A stretch of 64,000 nt of DNA from Spizellomyces punctatus DAOM BR117 (lineage: Eukaryota), in NCBI GenBank assembly GCA_000182565.2, contig KQ257456.1. One strand, written 5' to 3'. Position numbers and translations under genes: made by a program. This document shows positions 49,489 to 63,616 of this stretch, one piece after another (position 1 is the first letter of the stretch; each line of letters begins with the position of its first letter). The notes beneath the pieces are model-generated. The model saw only the letters and a list, made by a program, of their open reading frames with translations, was not told where the DNA came from and did not search any database.

Positions 49489-52400
49489 TCATCGTGCACT
49501 CCACATCCCATCTTCCGCACCTCCATCGCTGAAGTATGCTTCAAACTCTCGCACGCCGCGCTTTTCATCATCCCCTTCTTCTACCACTTCCTCTGCAACA
49601 CTTGCCGTCTCTTCTTCCTCCTCCCCACCGTTCGCCTCTACTCCATCACCGTCAAAATCACCCTCTACCTCCATTTCCCCGTCGATCACAACTTCCCCGA
49701 ACGATGCTCTATCTACAGCCTTTCTTTCACCGCGACCTTGCCCTCTATCTTCATGATCATCCTCCTCCTCGCGAGTACGCTTTGAGCCACTAACTGGGCG
49801 CGTTGGAGAGCGCGGGCTTCCAGGTGACACAGTCGCTGACGGTAGGGGTGCATTTTCAGCGGTCGTTATGAACCCACTTGAATCAATGGTGGGGGGTGCC
49901 CCTGTATCGGGTAATCCCCCAAAGGATAAACCACTAGCCAGCCCCATGCCTGCATTCTGTCTGGCTCTTCGCTTTGCAGAATTGGGTTGCCGGCGCTTTG
50001 GGATGGGTAGATCTGCTTCCACGACAGGCTCACTAACAGCCGGCGGAGAGTTTTGTTCGACCTCGACCATGTTAGAATTGACATCTTGAGGTGACTCCTC
50101 GCCTGTAACGCCTGGTGATGGATCTTCGGCATCCATACTTCCTCTCGTCTCTTCCCGACCGTCCCACCAGAAAACGCTCGCAAATTCGGCCATCATCAGC
50201 GTGAACACCCCGGCCGGTACACCGACAGTAGGACTGAAAACAATACCCACGTTCCGGACCGTCATCTTATTCACCTCGCATTTCTGCACCACTCGAACTA
50301 GATGAGCCATCAGGGTTCTCAAGAGCGTATAGTTTGATAATGGTAAGAGGGACACTAGCCGCGCAAGTTCGGTAATGCGTTCATCACGATCTGCCAAGTC
50401 CATGACATGCAAGAAATCTCGTTGTAATTGTTTTGTTAGGATTGGGGAAGGTAGTTCACGAAGGTACAGCTTCAGCAGGCCAGAAATGGCATGAACATCG
50501 TAGTAAGATGAACTCCCAAGAAGGTCGATATCTCCTTCTACAATCAAGGGTCACTATTAGGCTCAGCCCATGCCATTGGAGAAAATGCATGCACTTACCA
50601 GAGTCAAAGGCCTGCTTCAAGCTCTGAATAACCGAAGAGCTCCCGCTCAATCTATAGATACCCTCTTCTTCATTCGCCCTCTTTGCGTCCAAATACTCAA
50701 TGCATCTATAGACCACCGCAGGCAAGGACAAATCATCCCGCACCCTCGAGACGGCCACTGCCTGCTCCAAGGGCACACCAAAGACTCTTCGAGACGGATC
50801 TGCAGCTCTTGAGAGGCCTTCGCTTTGTTTTTTCTTTCCCCAGTTAAAAGTCGTTATCCGCCGGTTCTTTCTGTCGTCTCTCTTGTCCTTCCCTCCTGAC
50901 CCTGGCCCCGCTCCGGCAGCTTCTCTCAATCGTCGCTCCTGCTCCTCTACTCCAACTAGCGGTGGTGGTTCAGGTTGCATCATGACACGTTCGTTATCGT
51001 CCACATAGGACCGACCGCGTGGTTTCATTGTAGAAGACGGCGAATTTTGGGCGGATTGCATGAGCGGGTTATTCCCACCCATGACCATAGATATTGATGC
51101 CGTTCGTGCAGGTGCAACAGGCGAACCTTCCACTTCAGGTACACTTTGATCAGGGATTTCCGGGGCGGGCCGGCCGACGTTGGCCGGAGAATTTGACAAG
51201 GCCGCTTGTGCTTGGGACTGGGGTTCCTCCACCTCCATCGGAGCATCGTCGAGAGCTTCCTCTTTTGCAGGGCTGCCAGCACGCTCGTCCGATTTACTTC
51301 GACTCTCCTTCTCGCTTCGGGGATCTCTTTCACTCTCTACATGATCTGTTCCATTCGTCTTCTTTATTGATTGAACTGTATTGCTTCTGGCAAATCCTTC
51401 CTCGGGTCTAATAGACTTTATCTGTGCCGCGATACACCGTACCCAATCATCTCGCTCTTCATCATTCTCCGCGCAGAGAATATGTCTAGCAGTGACTTTA
51501 CTCTCACTGAACGCGTCCGGCTTGTCACGATTCTCAGAAGAGAAACTTGACTTTTTGTACTCGGTCAACATGAATGCGTGGCGGTAGTCTGTGTCGCTCG
51601 TCGTGCCTTCGCCACCATCATTTGATGGGTTGTCAAAGGGATGGGCGGACGATTGGCGGGAAACAAAGACATATTTTAATTTTATGGTACCTAGCAGACT
51701 TCGATCCTTCGGAGATTCGTAGTATTCCAACATGCCTCCCTCTTTGAGAACAAAGTAACGCGATTTCCAGGCACCAAAATTCTTCCCCTTCTTGAATAGG
51801 TACCCTTCCTTTGAATTAGCTGTTTTGGAACTCTTCTTGCCAGAGTCAACGTCAGTCGAAAGGAATTGAAGAATATCCCGATTATCGCGGCAGATAGTCT
51901 TTACGTTCTGCAGATACAATTCCAATGCGACTTTGCGCTGATCGCTCTTTGATGGTGCGTGTGTGGTAAACATGGCCTTCTCTGGTAATTTGCCGATCTT
52001 TGCTACCAAGGCCTTGCCCTGATTGACTTTAAGCTTTGCATCGAGAGCGAGGAAGTCGGAATAAACTTTCTCCACACGCCACAACTCGCCCCCAGTTGCC
52101 GCATCCCGGACGGATATTAGAAAACTAATGACCTCCCGTCCTTTGTCGTTGACCTTGATTTGAGATCCCGTTACCTGCACGTTCACTTGATCAGCGGATT
52201 TGAGGAAGGAATCGATCGCTCCGTCTTTAGATCCTCTTCTCATCGCGTGTGAAGAGTCGTCATCATTGGAATTCATAGAAATTGACATATCTGAGCCAAG
52301 CTGCCCGCGCTTCGCGGAGAGCTGGTCCTGGAGATGGTGATTGTCCTTTCGGTTAGATGCCGGAGGAGTTAGCAAGGTTCCCGATGGACTGTCGGGGATG

Positions 52401-53821
52401 GTGCTCAGAGTAGGACCAGAGGTTTCGTTTTGTTGAAGAGCCCTCACGCGAGGGGCCACAGGGCGTGGAGCTGCGGGTGACTTTTTATTGGGTCTTTCTA
52501 GACTGTCTTCCCGATCTGCGATATGGCTGAGAACCTCTGGTGGCAGCCCGTTGCTATTATACACGGTACCAGCGCTTGGTAACGATTCCAGATTGGTTCG
52601 ACTTGCGTCAGTGCTAAGGCCATGGCCTAATGCGCCTTGGGCGGGTATATCTTCTGCGGGAGTAAGACCGGGATAAGAGCGCACACCTCCGTGGTCCCGT
52701 CCCGCTGAATCTTCTCGTTCATTTAAATCTTCTAGTCGCCCACGCCCTGATACTGGTCGCATAGCCTTGCGCCGTCCATCTGTCGACTTTGTACTGAGTC
52801 TTCCTTGATCTTCACCTAGAACTTCCTCCAGATCAGTAGAGGAGCGCTGCTGTGGAATTCTGCTGCGTCTATCGTTGCGCGCACTGCCATTGGATCTATT
52901 TCGAGCACCACCTTCGCCAAGTGCCGTCGAGCCAGGATCACTGGTAATGCTGCTCTGTAATGTTGATCGCGATGATCCAGATTCCTCCGCGTTGTGTTCA
53001 TGAATTCCCACATTTGAGCTAGATCCGATGACACCTGAGCCAGGAGCGGTGATGGACGATCCTGATGGTTTGCGTTGTAAGCCGCCAGGTGCCGCGCCTT
53101 GTACTGGAGGTAAAATGGTTGGTCCTTTCTGAGAGGACGTGGACGCGCTTCGCTGGCGGCCGCCAGCGGATGGCTGTGGGTGCGAATGTGAAGAAGCGGA
53201 GCCTGGTGCGTGTTTCCTGCTGGGAGTTTGAACAGTGATCGCAGGAAGATTTATATTTTCCCGCTCTGCTGTTGAACGCCGTCTTGAAGTGGTCTCTCGT
53301 CCTTCAGAAACCGTTCGTTTCCGATTCACGTGCTCTGCCTCTTCGCGAGAGTTGACTGGAGGTCGCTCGGAAGTGGATCTGTCGCGAGGAGCGCCAGAGC
53401 CCTTGCGTGGCGACGCAGATGCTCCTTGTGGCGGTGGATGTGATGGAGCTGATGGTTGATTTGATATGCCCGTGAATGCAGCAGTTGCATCCGAAAACGA
53501 CATGCCTTCTCCACCCAACGCAGTATCGCTGCCAGCAGCGGTACCGTTGACAACCTGGGACTGAAGTTGGGCGATGATGATCCTCTGCTTTTCTATGATC
53601 TTCCAAAGTTGATCGTTTTGCAATCGCAGAGCGTTTCGCTCGGCAATCACATTCTGCAGCAAAACCTCCAACCCAGGAACGTCGGGGCTCTTGCTCCTGC
53701 CACTCTTTTCACCCTTGCCTCCACTTCCGCCACCCGCCCCGGGGTCATTTCGCGACCCGTCCATGGCGCCAGTCCCGTTAACGTGACGCTGATTTTCTTT
53801 ATTTTCTGGTGATATTCCCAT
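49489..53821 (-). CDS. PX-PH-RhoGAP protein (Bem3/Rga2-like)
   Basis: PX-like WRVEKVYSDFLALD; PH domain KEGYLFKKGKNFGAWKSRYFVL; RhoGAP VFGVPL...LPAVVYRCIEYL...EEGIYRLSG...NKMTVRNVGIVFSPT. One intron at about 50540-50597. Confidence 0.93.
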
Positions 53822-55970
53822 CACCTTCCATTCGCTGTTATGTTGGGTATCAAAGAGGAAAACTTGCTAGACGTTGACGGCCCGCGTACGATGCGAGTGG
53901 CAAGCCGACTCGCAAAAGAGGTTCTGAGTGTTTGTTCTATTATCCAGCCGTATGAAGAAAGACGGGTTGGGGGTGCAAAAAGTCAAAAAAAATGACAAAG
54001 ATGCTGTGCTTTGAGTCCGGAGCAAGCGGCGGAACAAGCCAAGTATGAAACTTGTAGCAAAACGGTCACGCCCTCGGGTTGAACCAAAAGTGTTCCCTAA
54101 AAGGTAAAAATGAGAACCAAAAGGCTTGAAATAGCAACAAGAACACATTTTATTACCAATACCTTTTTGACGTCGTTTTATTTCCTGCTGGTAAAACGCT
54201 CGTTATCGTTTTGTCGTCCTTCCCTTCAACTTGCTTCCGGTCGATGGAACCTGGGGTCAGGCTTTTTGTTTGCCTTGTCGTCGTTTTGTTTCATAGACCT
54301 CGTTTTACATTTACACAATTGTTGAAGGGGATTTATTACTAAGCCATCCTTCCTATCGCGTGACCTGTGTTGCCATGGCAGCTATTTTGCATAAAATGAG
54401 ATTCTCTTTTTCTTTTCCTTGTATTATTCCAGGGCCATCGCACACAATCTAAAAGGTACGTTGCACTTTCAACTCTATAGCTTGAGCCCCCTTCGTGAAG
54501 GGGGGTGACTCGGTTTGATGAGCAAAACCTCACAACACTGAAAATCTCGGACGAGGGGGGACAGAACGTCCTTCCTCCATGAGCGACCATAACTTCCTCT
54601 GAATATCGCATCGTGTACTCGACTTGAATTCCATTCAGAGTCGTAGCCTCTCAACTGACCTGTCTTTTTGTTTTCCTCTAGGTACACACACTGTAACCGG
54701 ACAAGGAGAGCCTGAACAAGCGAACGAGAAATGCCCGACCGCTTCTTCAGCTTAACTTGAGACCGGGCATATTACATGTGCATGTCTGGAGAGTATCACA
54801 GTGATTATATTGGTATCGTAACCGTTTTTTCGGAATGACGATTCAAAAACCCTACAACACTCTAATTTTTATATGAGTGGTACTCTCCTTGATGGGCGTC
54901 CAAGTGGGGTCATGCACTCTGTAGAATGCTCAGACCATCTGACTCTCACGCCCGTGCTTCAAGAAAGTCGTTGATGGATGTGACAGTCGTGGTTGGGTGC
55001 CTTGCAGAGTGTGCCGGTTGAGATGCCATTGAAGCACTTGTTTCAATTCTGTCGGCCCGGGGACGCTACGCTCGACCTGTTCATTTACAAACAAGAGGTA
55101 TGTCTCAACTTGCCCAACATGAGAGAGACACGCACACCTGCAATCCGGAATGATGCTGTGAAAATATATTCTGACAACCTCTTGTATAAGTCGAGAGTCA
55201 TGGCTCGGCGATGTGCACAAATTCCGACTGACTGGATTGTTTGTGTGTGGTGTCTCTCATGTTTTCTTTGAATGACATGGCGATGAGGACTCACTCTTTG
55301 TTCAAACAGAAACACAAAACATTCACTGGAATGATAAGGACACTCAGCGGCAGGTACATAAACAAGTGGATTGGCGTAATCCATTCATCATGGAACAAGT
55401 TTGGGTTCTGCGTATTTACGATCAGAGGCTTCCAACTCTAGTCCTGCGTACCCATCAGCCAGCGTTGCGAGCTTCTGATCTCACTACAATGAATCCAAAT
55501 TTACTGCCGCGAGGCAGATGTGACGTCTCCGCCGATGAATGGATTACGCCAATTTTATTAGATTACTAAAACTCGAATGTACCATCGCCCTGTATTCGAT
55601 TTTTTAATGTTATGTCAACATGAATTCCACCTACCAGTAACAACCATAACAAGCACACATCCTATTTCAAGAACAAGGTGGAAAGGTTCTTACCTTGAGC
55701 ATCACAAGGTGTATATATCTGAATACTTTCAATTGATATTGGACATAACCACCATAATGAAACCCCACAACTAGGCTGATGTGTAATATGCAGTCGAATG
55801 CGATCGTGCACGCTCCCCAATTATCTGGTGGAGCGGTTTATGAATTGGCTTGAAGGCACCGGTATCGTTATTAAGGTTCCAGTGGCTTATGATTCTACGA
55901 CTATGAACAACGGACTGATGCGCATCCGGCACTCTGATTTACTCTGAACTGAGGTCTATGGTAATAATTT

Positions 55971-57349
55971 TCAAGCGGAAACCTTTGGCTCCCGCAACCT
56001 GAGGAGTACAAGCAACCATACAGCGGAGGAGAAGAGTTCCTCCTTGAATGCAAAGGTAAAGGCGGAAGCCAAAACACTCTGCACGAGCTTAGCTTCAATG
56101 CCCTTGTAAAGACCCTTCACGCCCTCGGTCTTGATGATCTTTTGGAACCCGTCCAAAACAGATCTGTATCGGCTGTTCTCATCACCCGTCTGTTTGAGCT
56201 GCATGCGGGATTTTACGACACTACAGGCATCGCAAGAGTTACTCGAGAGTCTTCTCAAGTAGACATCATTGGCCGTTACTTACATGTACGGGTAAGTGAT
56301 TGAGGTAGCGGCCAACTTGCTGATGGCACCAAGCAAGAAAAAGTCCAAGCCGCTAAGGTTTCCCTTGCGAGTTTGCAGCCATGCCTTGAGACGTTCGAAA
56401 ACAGTAAACTGGATAACAGGGTTGATGACCAAGATCAACGCTGGTAGGATACCCTGGAAAAATCTGAGGCATTGTGTTAGCGTACCAACTTCTTCCGAGT
56501 GGATCAGTGATAACTCAACCCCGGCTTACCCAGCAGGGCCCTCTTCTCGGAGAATCTTCAATGCGGTTTGCCAAGTGCTTTGCTTCTTGAAGGTTGGCTT
56601 GCCATCATCACCAGTAGATTCCTTCTTGACAACTTGTCGTGTCTACAGGTTTGCGTAATGACGTCAGACAGATTGGTAAATCATCACCACACAAGAGCCA
56701 AGCCTCACGTTGATAACCCAGATGGGGTTAGTAATTGTCGCGGTGGCAGCACCTATTGTTCAATGAGTCCACGATTCCACCTCTGTAGCTTCCGGAAAAC
56801 GGTCTTTACCTGCAATGGCACCCGTCAACATGTTTTCCCCAATGGTCAGCGCGCGTCCAGCAGCAACGCCCTTTTCAATCCCCGCTTTCACCAGCTCGTA
56901 CCAGTAGTAATACACATACTGGGTAACGGCAATCCCAAACATAGCAGAGTTGATCCCGCTGGAGAAATGCATTATATCAGTGAGTTGCCGGCAGCCAAGA
57001 AAAATCAAGCATAACACATACGAGTAGAATCCTTTCGGTCCCTCCTCCTTCATGATCCTCTTGAAAGCCTCAACTTGGCTAATACGGCCGCCACTTTTAC
57101 TGACTTGCGAGCGGGTCGACAAGGTCGTCAACGGGTAAGTCAGAGCCATACTGTAGCAAGTATGTGCGCGTTAGCGAGTGGTCTGGTCTGTCAGAATGCC
57201 CCACTTGCAGCCAAATGAATACCTGACCATACCGCCGCCGGCACCTTATTTTGAGATAAGTACAAGGTCAGGGACAGCTCTGATCTACCATCGTGCGCGT
57301 AATCTTGGGTCAACTTACCGGCCAAAGCGTGAGCAACATTGTCAGACAT
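55971..57349 (-). CDS. Peroxisomal adenine-nucleotide/cofactor carrier (Pmp47/PMP34, SLC25A17-like)
   Basis: MSDNVAHALAG, LTYPL..LSTRSQV, TNPIWV, LVINPVIQF and GLYKGIEAKLVQSVL: mitochondrial-carrier repeats of the PMP34 type. Confidence 0.9.
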
Positions 57350-57633
57350 GATAAACTGGTTGCTTTGGATATTCCTATGAAAATAGCTAGATACACTAAA
57401 TCTCCAAGCAAAAAGAGCCCTGATGTGGTAAAAAGTTCAAGGCAGGACAACCCGGGATGTCGACGGCCGCCTGACTATGATTTCACGTGTGAGACCGGGT
57501 GGATGATTAACCGATCAATGTGGTTCTTTCCATTCGAATCACCATTTGGAACTGCGATCGGGCTTTGTTCAAGCGTGACCGGATAACGCCAGCGTCCCAA
57601 CCGACAGATAGCAGTCTGGAAACGACAGCAACA

Positions 57634-59463
57634 ATGGCATCCCACACGCGGCCCCAGAAGCGACCTTGTGGAGAGAGGTTCTGGCTGCGTGGCGACAATG
57701 CTCGGCTGCGAGACTTTACCGAGTTTCTGTCTGACGAGATTATCTTGTATATATTTGCATACCTCTCGCACCAAGACTTGGCGTGCATAGCGTCGGCCTC
57801 TCGAAGCTGGAAGCGTTTGGCATCAGACCAATACGTAAGTTTAACAATCGCTTACGGTTAACAATGCACACGGCGAGCGAGAGTAGTCTGTAGTAACCAT
57901 GCCGGCTTTTTGCAGTTGTGGAAGCGTTTGTTTATGGACCGTTTCTCGCTCCTTCCTCCACCACCGCGACAATCCCTTACTCAGCAATGTAAACCATCGC
58001 GCGCTGATTCTCCAACTTCAGGGCGGGAGCTATGTTCCTCGTCGCGAACGAGAAAGAGTAGTATGGCGGGAAGAATTATGCAGGAGCGCGAGGATTGGCA
58101 TTCAATGTACATACTTCAACATAATTGGCATGTAGGTAACTGCCGTATCACGAGCTTGGACGTATCCGGGAAGATCCGGGCTGGGCAGGACGACAATACA
58201 AGTATTTCTACATACCCCACCACCAAGACAGCTGGGTACGCTGTTAACGCCACAGTTGATCGCAAGAGCAATCCAGTTGTTACCTTTACGAAAGACCTTA
58301 TTTTCTCATCCACCTTCCTGGAAACCTCTTGCCATTCTCCCGAAATCAATGTTTGGCGAATCGAGGATCAATCCCATGTTGGTACATTGGTCAGCTCGTC
58401 AAACTTGCCAGCATCGGTTATTATTACTACGTTACGGATTGACGAAGGTACCGGAAATCATGGTGCGAATCCAAAGCGGGTCATAGCGGGCTATAGCACC
58501 GGAGGATTTACATTATGGTCCTTCTCGACAAAGAACGACAATGGCACGTCTGGTTGGAAAGCCGAGGAGTTATGCACCATCCATCGCAACGCTCAGGGTC
58601 GCTCTTTACTATCTGTAGCGATTCTCAACAATTATGTTGTAACTTGCTCGTCAGACTTTGATTTGGTCGTTTACAAGGTGCAGGGCACCTCATCGAACGA
58701 GCGCCAAACTTGTATACCAATCCACCACTTGCGAGGAAGCTCTTGCTGGGCTCCAGTAGACCTTCATTTCGAGCAAAATCAGCACGACGGACAATATCTT
58801 TTATATGTTTCATATGCTGCACCCACCCTTCACGGTGAATGGGACGTGGGTGTTCAAGAATTTCGATTTACCGATACCATGACGTTGGTAACAACGCGGC
58901 ACTACACACCTGCTCCTGTCGGTTTTTCCATGCCGAGAGGAACCTCACCGTTGACATGTATTCGCTTCCGGCCACCATATCTTGTCACCGCCCACGCAGA
59001 TAACAGAGTGGAAGTCTACAGACTTGTCACTGCCGAAGCCGGCACTCGTAAATCTCTGCCGCGCGCATACCTCATTCATGCGTCAACACTTTACGCTCAT
59101 GCCGCTGCGGTAATGGCTCTGGAACTGGATGCAGTGAGCGGCAAATTGATTACTGGTGGAGTTGATGGATTGAAAATCTGGAAACTCGCTACCAGCGCAG
59201 AGTGCTTATACGGTGACATGGCGCCAGATCCGGTCGTCACTCTTATGGATGATGACTGGGCAAAGGAATGGGAAACAGGAATAACGGCTTGCGGGCGTGG
59301 TCCAAGGTGGCTTGGGTTTGATGAAGGGAAGATTGTGAGTGTAAGTGGGGGCTGGTGGATAGATAAATTTGAGGGAAGATCAAGAGAGGGACTCAAAATG
59401 GGCGGCAATGAATTTGACAATCCGGTCGGTGTTGTGAAAATCTTTTCCTTTTTGGATGAGTGA
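57634..59463 (+). CDS. F-box / WD40-like protein (2 exons)
   Basis: F-box LSDEIILYIFAYL..DL...SRSWKRLASDQ|LWKRLF, then W...Y...HNW..GNC and a beta-propeller-like C-terminus. Confidence 0.85.
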
Positions 59464-59679
59464 GTACGGTTCAATTGGCAATCCGTTATAGTAAATATCA
59501 AAAGAATGAATGCTCCGAACCTCGAAGCTGTTTACAAAAAATCCACATTGTTACTCTGTTATTCGTAAGCAGCGTATCGATTGCAACCATACGTACAATA
59601 ATAAGAACTATACAAAAGACACAAAAGCAAACCCAGCCAAATCCAAGCATTTACTGCTATCGGTAGCAAGCCATCCAAT

Positions 59680-62600
59680 CTAGTAAGCAGCAGCGGGTTG
59701 TTGTGAGTAATCCCAACCTTGCTGTGGAGCACCAGCTGCGGGAGCTGCACCATAGTAGCCCCCAGCGTATCCCTGTTGACATATCAGCTGATGAATATTA
59801 TGTAGACGGTCTGCAAGGGAAGTATACTTTTGACTGACCTGTTGTGCACCATATGCCGCGTAAGGATTGTAGGCAGCTTGCGCCTGAGGAGCGTAATATG
59901 GCGTTGTTGGAGTACCAACATCAACAGGCGCGACCCCACTCACATCGACACTGGCTCGCGCTTGCTTGATTGGTCGATACTCAGAGTCGTCTTCAAAGCC
60001 CCGCTTTCTCGACGTTTCGCCATGCGAAGCATAGTCCCTGTGCACAGTCAGCTCAACCTTGTTTATGAGCGCTATATCTGTACTTCTTTCCAAGAGGAAG
60101 TCGAGATACCGCAGACCAAGGTCCCGCTTGTCTTCAGCAGGTAAGGAGGAGGCTTTTACCCCCTCCCATATTTGTGCTACGAGGTTCAGCGCCTTTGGTC
60201 CTTTACAATATGATAAGGATAAATACATGGGGTAATATGGGCACTGCATATCTATCTTTCTCACCTGGTTGAGCTACCTCGAGAAGCAGGTAACTAAGCC
60301 ATAGGAATCTGCTATCTGAGTACTTTTGTGTTGCGTCTTGATAGGCTGCTCGTGCCGCTTCTATGTCGCCGTCCGCCTTAAATAATAAAGGGACGTTTAA
60401 TTTGTGACAAGCATGAAACAGATGTTACTTCTAAGCTTACATTGTACTTGCACTTCAACTTCTTTGCCTCCAAGAAACCTTTTGACTTTGTGTCCCTTGC
60501 GGACTGGATTCCATTGTCCAAAACCTCTATCGCCTTCTCTTGACTGCCCTGACGACGTTCAAAGTGCGCAAACTTTGTGAGGGTTTCCAAATGCCCTGGG
60601 ACTGACGTTGCAACCATGGTTAGGAATTACCAGTACGTTATTCAGGTACAATGCATAACGTACGCTGTGTCAGCACTTGCGTGTAAATCTGTCGTGCTTC
60701 CTCAATACGCCCCCGCTCTTCTTCAAAGGCGGCGTACGATAGGCGTACAGAAGGTCGGCTGATTATCGGTTTGTTAGGATTTGTTTAGATTGACCCATAA
60801 TGCGAATTCTCACCTTGAAGGTATGAAAATGTTGGTAGCCCTGATATAGACATTTCGCGCTCCTTCAAAGTCTTCTCTTGCAAGGAGAAATTGGATATAC
60901 CGTTTCCAGAACTCTTCATACAGAGCCTAGAGGAAAGATAAAAGGATGTTTTTGATCAGGAAACCATATAAAAACCGTGCAACACAACACTGAGCGGGCG
61001 TGTCCTCGCCTTGTGATACGTACACATGCTACCAGACATCTCTCATAGAGCACATAGATTCGCATCTGATCTCCCTCTGATTCTTCGAACTCCAGGTATC
61101 GGCGCCAGTTAGCCAGCTGCGCTTCATCGAGCGGCTTGACATGAAAATATGGGCGTTTGATTTCGGACTCATAGATCCATCGCTTATGCACAGCATCTTG
61201 TGTTTTCATGTATAATTCAGATTTGATGGCATGGATACGTTGTCGCATTTCTGCTTGAACCTGGTCGTCGGTCTGTCGGCAAAATAAGCCTTGTTAATAC
61301 CATGCGCGCAGATCTAAACGCATGGATCAGTAAGTCAACCTTGTGTTCAGGTGGGGCTCTGTCATCATCCTCTTGCTTCGGAGGATTACGGATCTCATCT
61401 TCTAGGTTCGCGTATTCCTCGGCAGACACGAGTTCTCGGACGGGTCGCGTAATGGACAACGTCGAATAACTGCATGCAATAAAATTTTTTTATATAGTCA
61501 ATCCCATTTTGGGTAGGGCAGTTGCTACGAACCTTTCGAAATAACGTGCATACTGGTGCAGTGGTATGTGGATAATGCGCTCCAAGATCGCCATAATCCC
61601 GGCCGAGTTCCCCTTTGATTCCTCATATGCGATGTATTTGTCCCAGAAAACGTGACTCATGAAGTCATAACCGACCGCGTCAGCTCCTCTTTCGAACAGA
61701 CTAAAAGAAAAGAAAAACCGGGATACTACGTCAGAATCTCGACCCGAGTCAGCATTGCGGCCAAAGACCGTAATGTTACAACCCTCATCCCACCCACAAC
61801 TGCATAAAAGCTGGCAAAACATAGTCAGAAGACCACACCTAATTGGTGGCTTCAAGCTATACCTTCTGGCCCATTGCTCGCGTCGCCGCAACATTCATCA
61901 ACGGGCAATGACAATCCATGGGCAAAAATCCCCACAACATCGCAAAGCGAACAAAACAAAACAAGGTAATACCAGCTATCCCAGCCATGAGTCTGGTCCC
62001 GCCCACTTCGCGTTGCCCCCTTTGCCTTGCCTACGGGAACAGTCAGCCGTGCATTCGATGCGACCATTAGATCGACACCGAACACAACGTCTTATCCACC
62101 CCTAATGGACACACCTGTACAGTAATACACTCCTACCCACCTTCTAATGCCAGTTTCGTCAATAGCAAAGTTTTCAATTTTGAAAGTGCAATATTGAGTC
62201 CACAAGTCGACACTATTATGAATGGACACAACCCCACGTTCAAAGATCTGTCATGTCGTAACAATGTGAGAACACTGCACAACATTCAATATGAAGGACT
62301 TTACAGCCTCCGCTGACCTCCTGTGCCTTCTCAGGTCCCTCCAGCGCATTCTCCCGATCCGCGTACTTTTTCCAATACCCAAAGCATAGAGGAAATTTCA
62401 GCAGGAAATGATCATACACTGTCCGAAGATTTTGCTGGTCTTCTGCAGATGAGTTCTTCGTAACGTCACCGTTGGCACCCTCTGCAGCTGCAATCAGGTA
62501 TTCCCAAGATTCAAAATCATCAGGATTCTTTCACATGGTTGGTTAGTAGGGCATTTCCGTCCGGTAGCAGTGAGTTAATGTACCTTGCTGACTGCGTCCC

Positions 62601-62808
62601 ACAGCCGCTCCCAGTCCGATTGCTGTGGAACCTCATCCGCGTTAGGGTCTTTTGCTGCATCCCCGTCGTACTTTTGCATGTCCCTTCCGTTGGCCCCATC
62701 AATGTGGTCTATAATGCGCATTATTACGAGAGCACCTGTGCGGTAAAGCTGTCCAAACAAATGCATACCACCATAAGCACCGTTACCCATAAGATAATCC
62801 TCTGCCAT
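59680..62808 (-). CDS. PRP39: Prp39, U1 snRNP HAT-repeat splicing factor (multi-exon)
   Basis: DFESWEYL, YDHFLLKFPLCFGYWKKYA, VGYDFMSHVFWDKYIAYE and YESEIKRPYFHVKPLDEAQLANWRRYLEFEE. Confidence 0.95.
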
Positions 62809-62997
62809 CTTGTGTTGTCAGGTGGTATGGACTAGGGTAGGATGTGCGATCGCGACGGATTTGACAAGATTTTGTTCGAAAAAGCAATTTGCAATCCGAT
62901 GGAATGTCAAAGACACGTCAGGCATTTACCACGTGAACACGCTCGATCGTGAAGGCGACTTTCAGAATCCCGCCCTTGACCGCCACGGGTGAAAAGC

Positions 62998-63616
62998 ATG
63001 TTGAAGCCAAAAGTTATTACCCAAGTCCTTCAGCAAGCCAACACCGCAGGCGTTCACGCCGCACTGTAAGGATACGCTGTTTACATTGACGAGAGCATCA
63101 CCTCATACTCTGACTTTTAATGATATGCATTATGTGCGCTTCACCTTACTCTAGTCTCTTAAACCCCGACGGATCACTGGTGTCCTTTGCAGGGGGGACG
63201 GAGAAGGATGCCAAGGTCTTGGCAGCAGTGGCCAGTAATGTGTGGTTTGGATATGAGCGGTACGGTAAACCTCCTGCTGCGAATTCAGTGGAGGGTGGGG
63301 AGGGAAAAGAAGGTTTGCGAAATTTGATACTGGATTGCGAGGTGCGGTATTGTTAGTGCTATACTGGTGCTGGAATATTGGTTTTAAATCCAATATGTGT
63401 CATTGTATAAGCAAGGGAAGCTATCGATAACAAGGACAAGCAGGATGCTCTTATGTCTAGTGGCTGATGAAAGGGTGGAATGGGGTTTGCTAAAGGCAAA
63501 GGTAATTCCATACACATTCCCACCCCAAGATTTCATACTGATGCGATCTATCGGCTTAGACAAGAACACTGAAAGAATATTTGGAAGGGCCATTAAACTT
63601 GGTTGCGAGTTATTAA
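62998..63616 (+). CDS. LAMTOR2: Ragulator subunit LAMTOR2 (roadblock/LC7 domain), 4 exons
   Basis: MLKPKVITQVLQQANT..|LLNPDGSLVSFAG...AAVASNVW..Y...LILDCE|..GLLKAK|..LKEYLEGPL. Confidence 0.92.

Noticed and set aside
54830-55780. Short + strand ORFs between the RhoGAP and carrier genes
   Set aside because: No recognisable motif or consistent exon chain; a decayed gene cannot be supported by eye.
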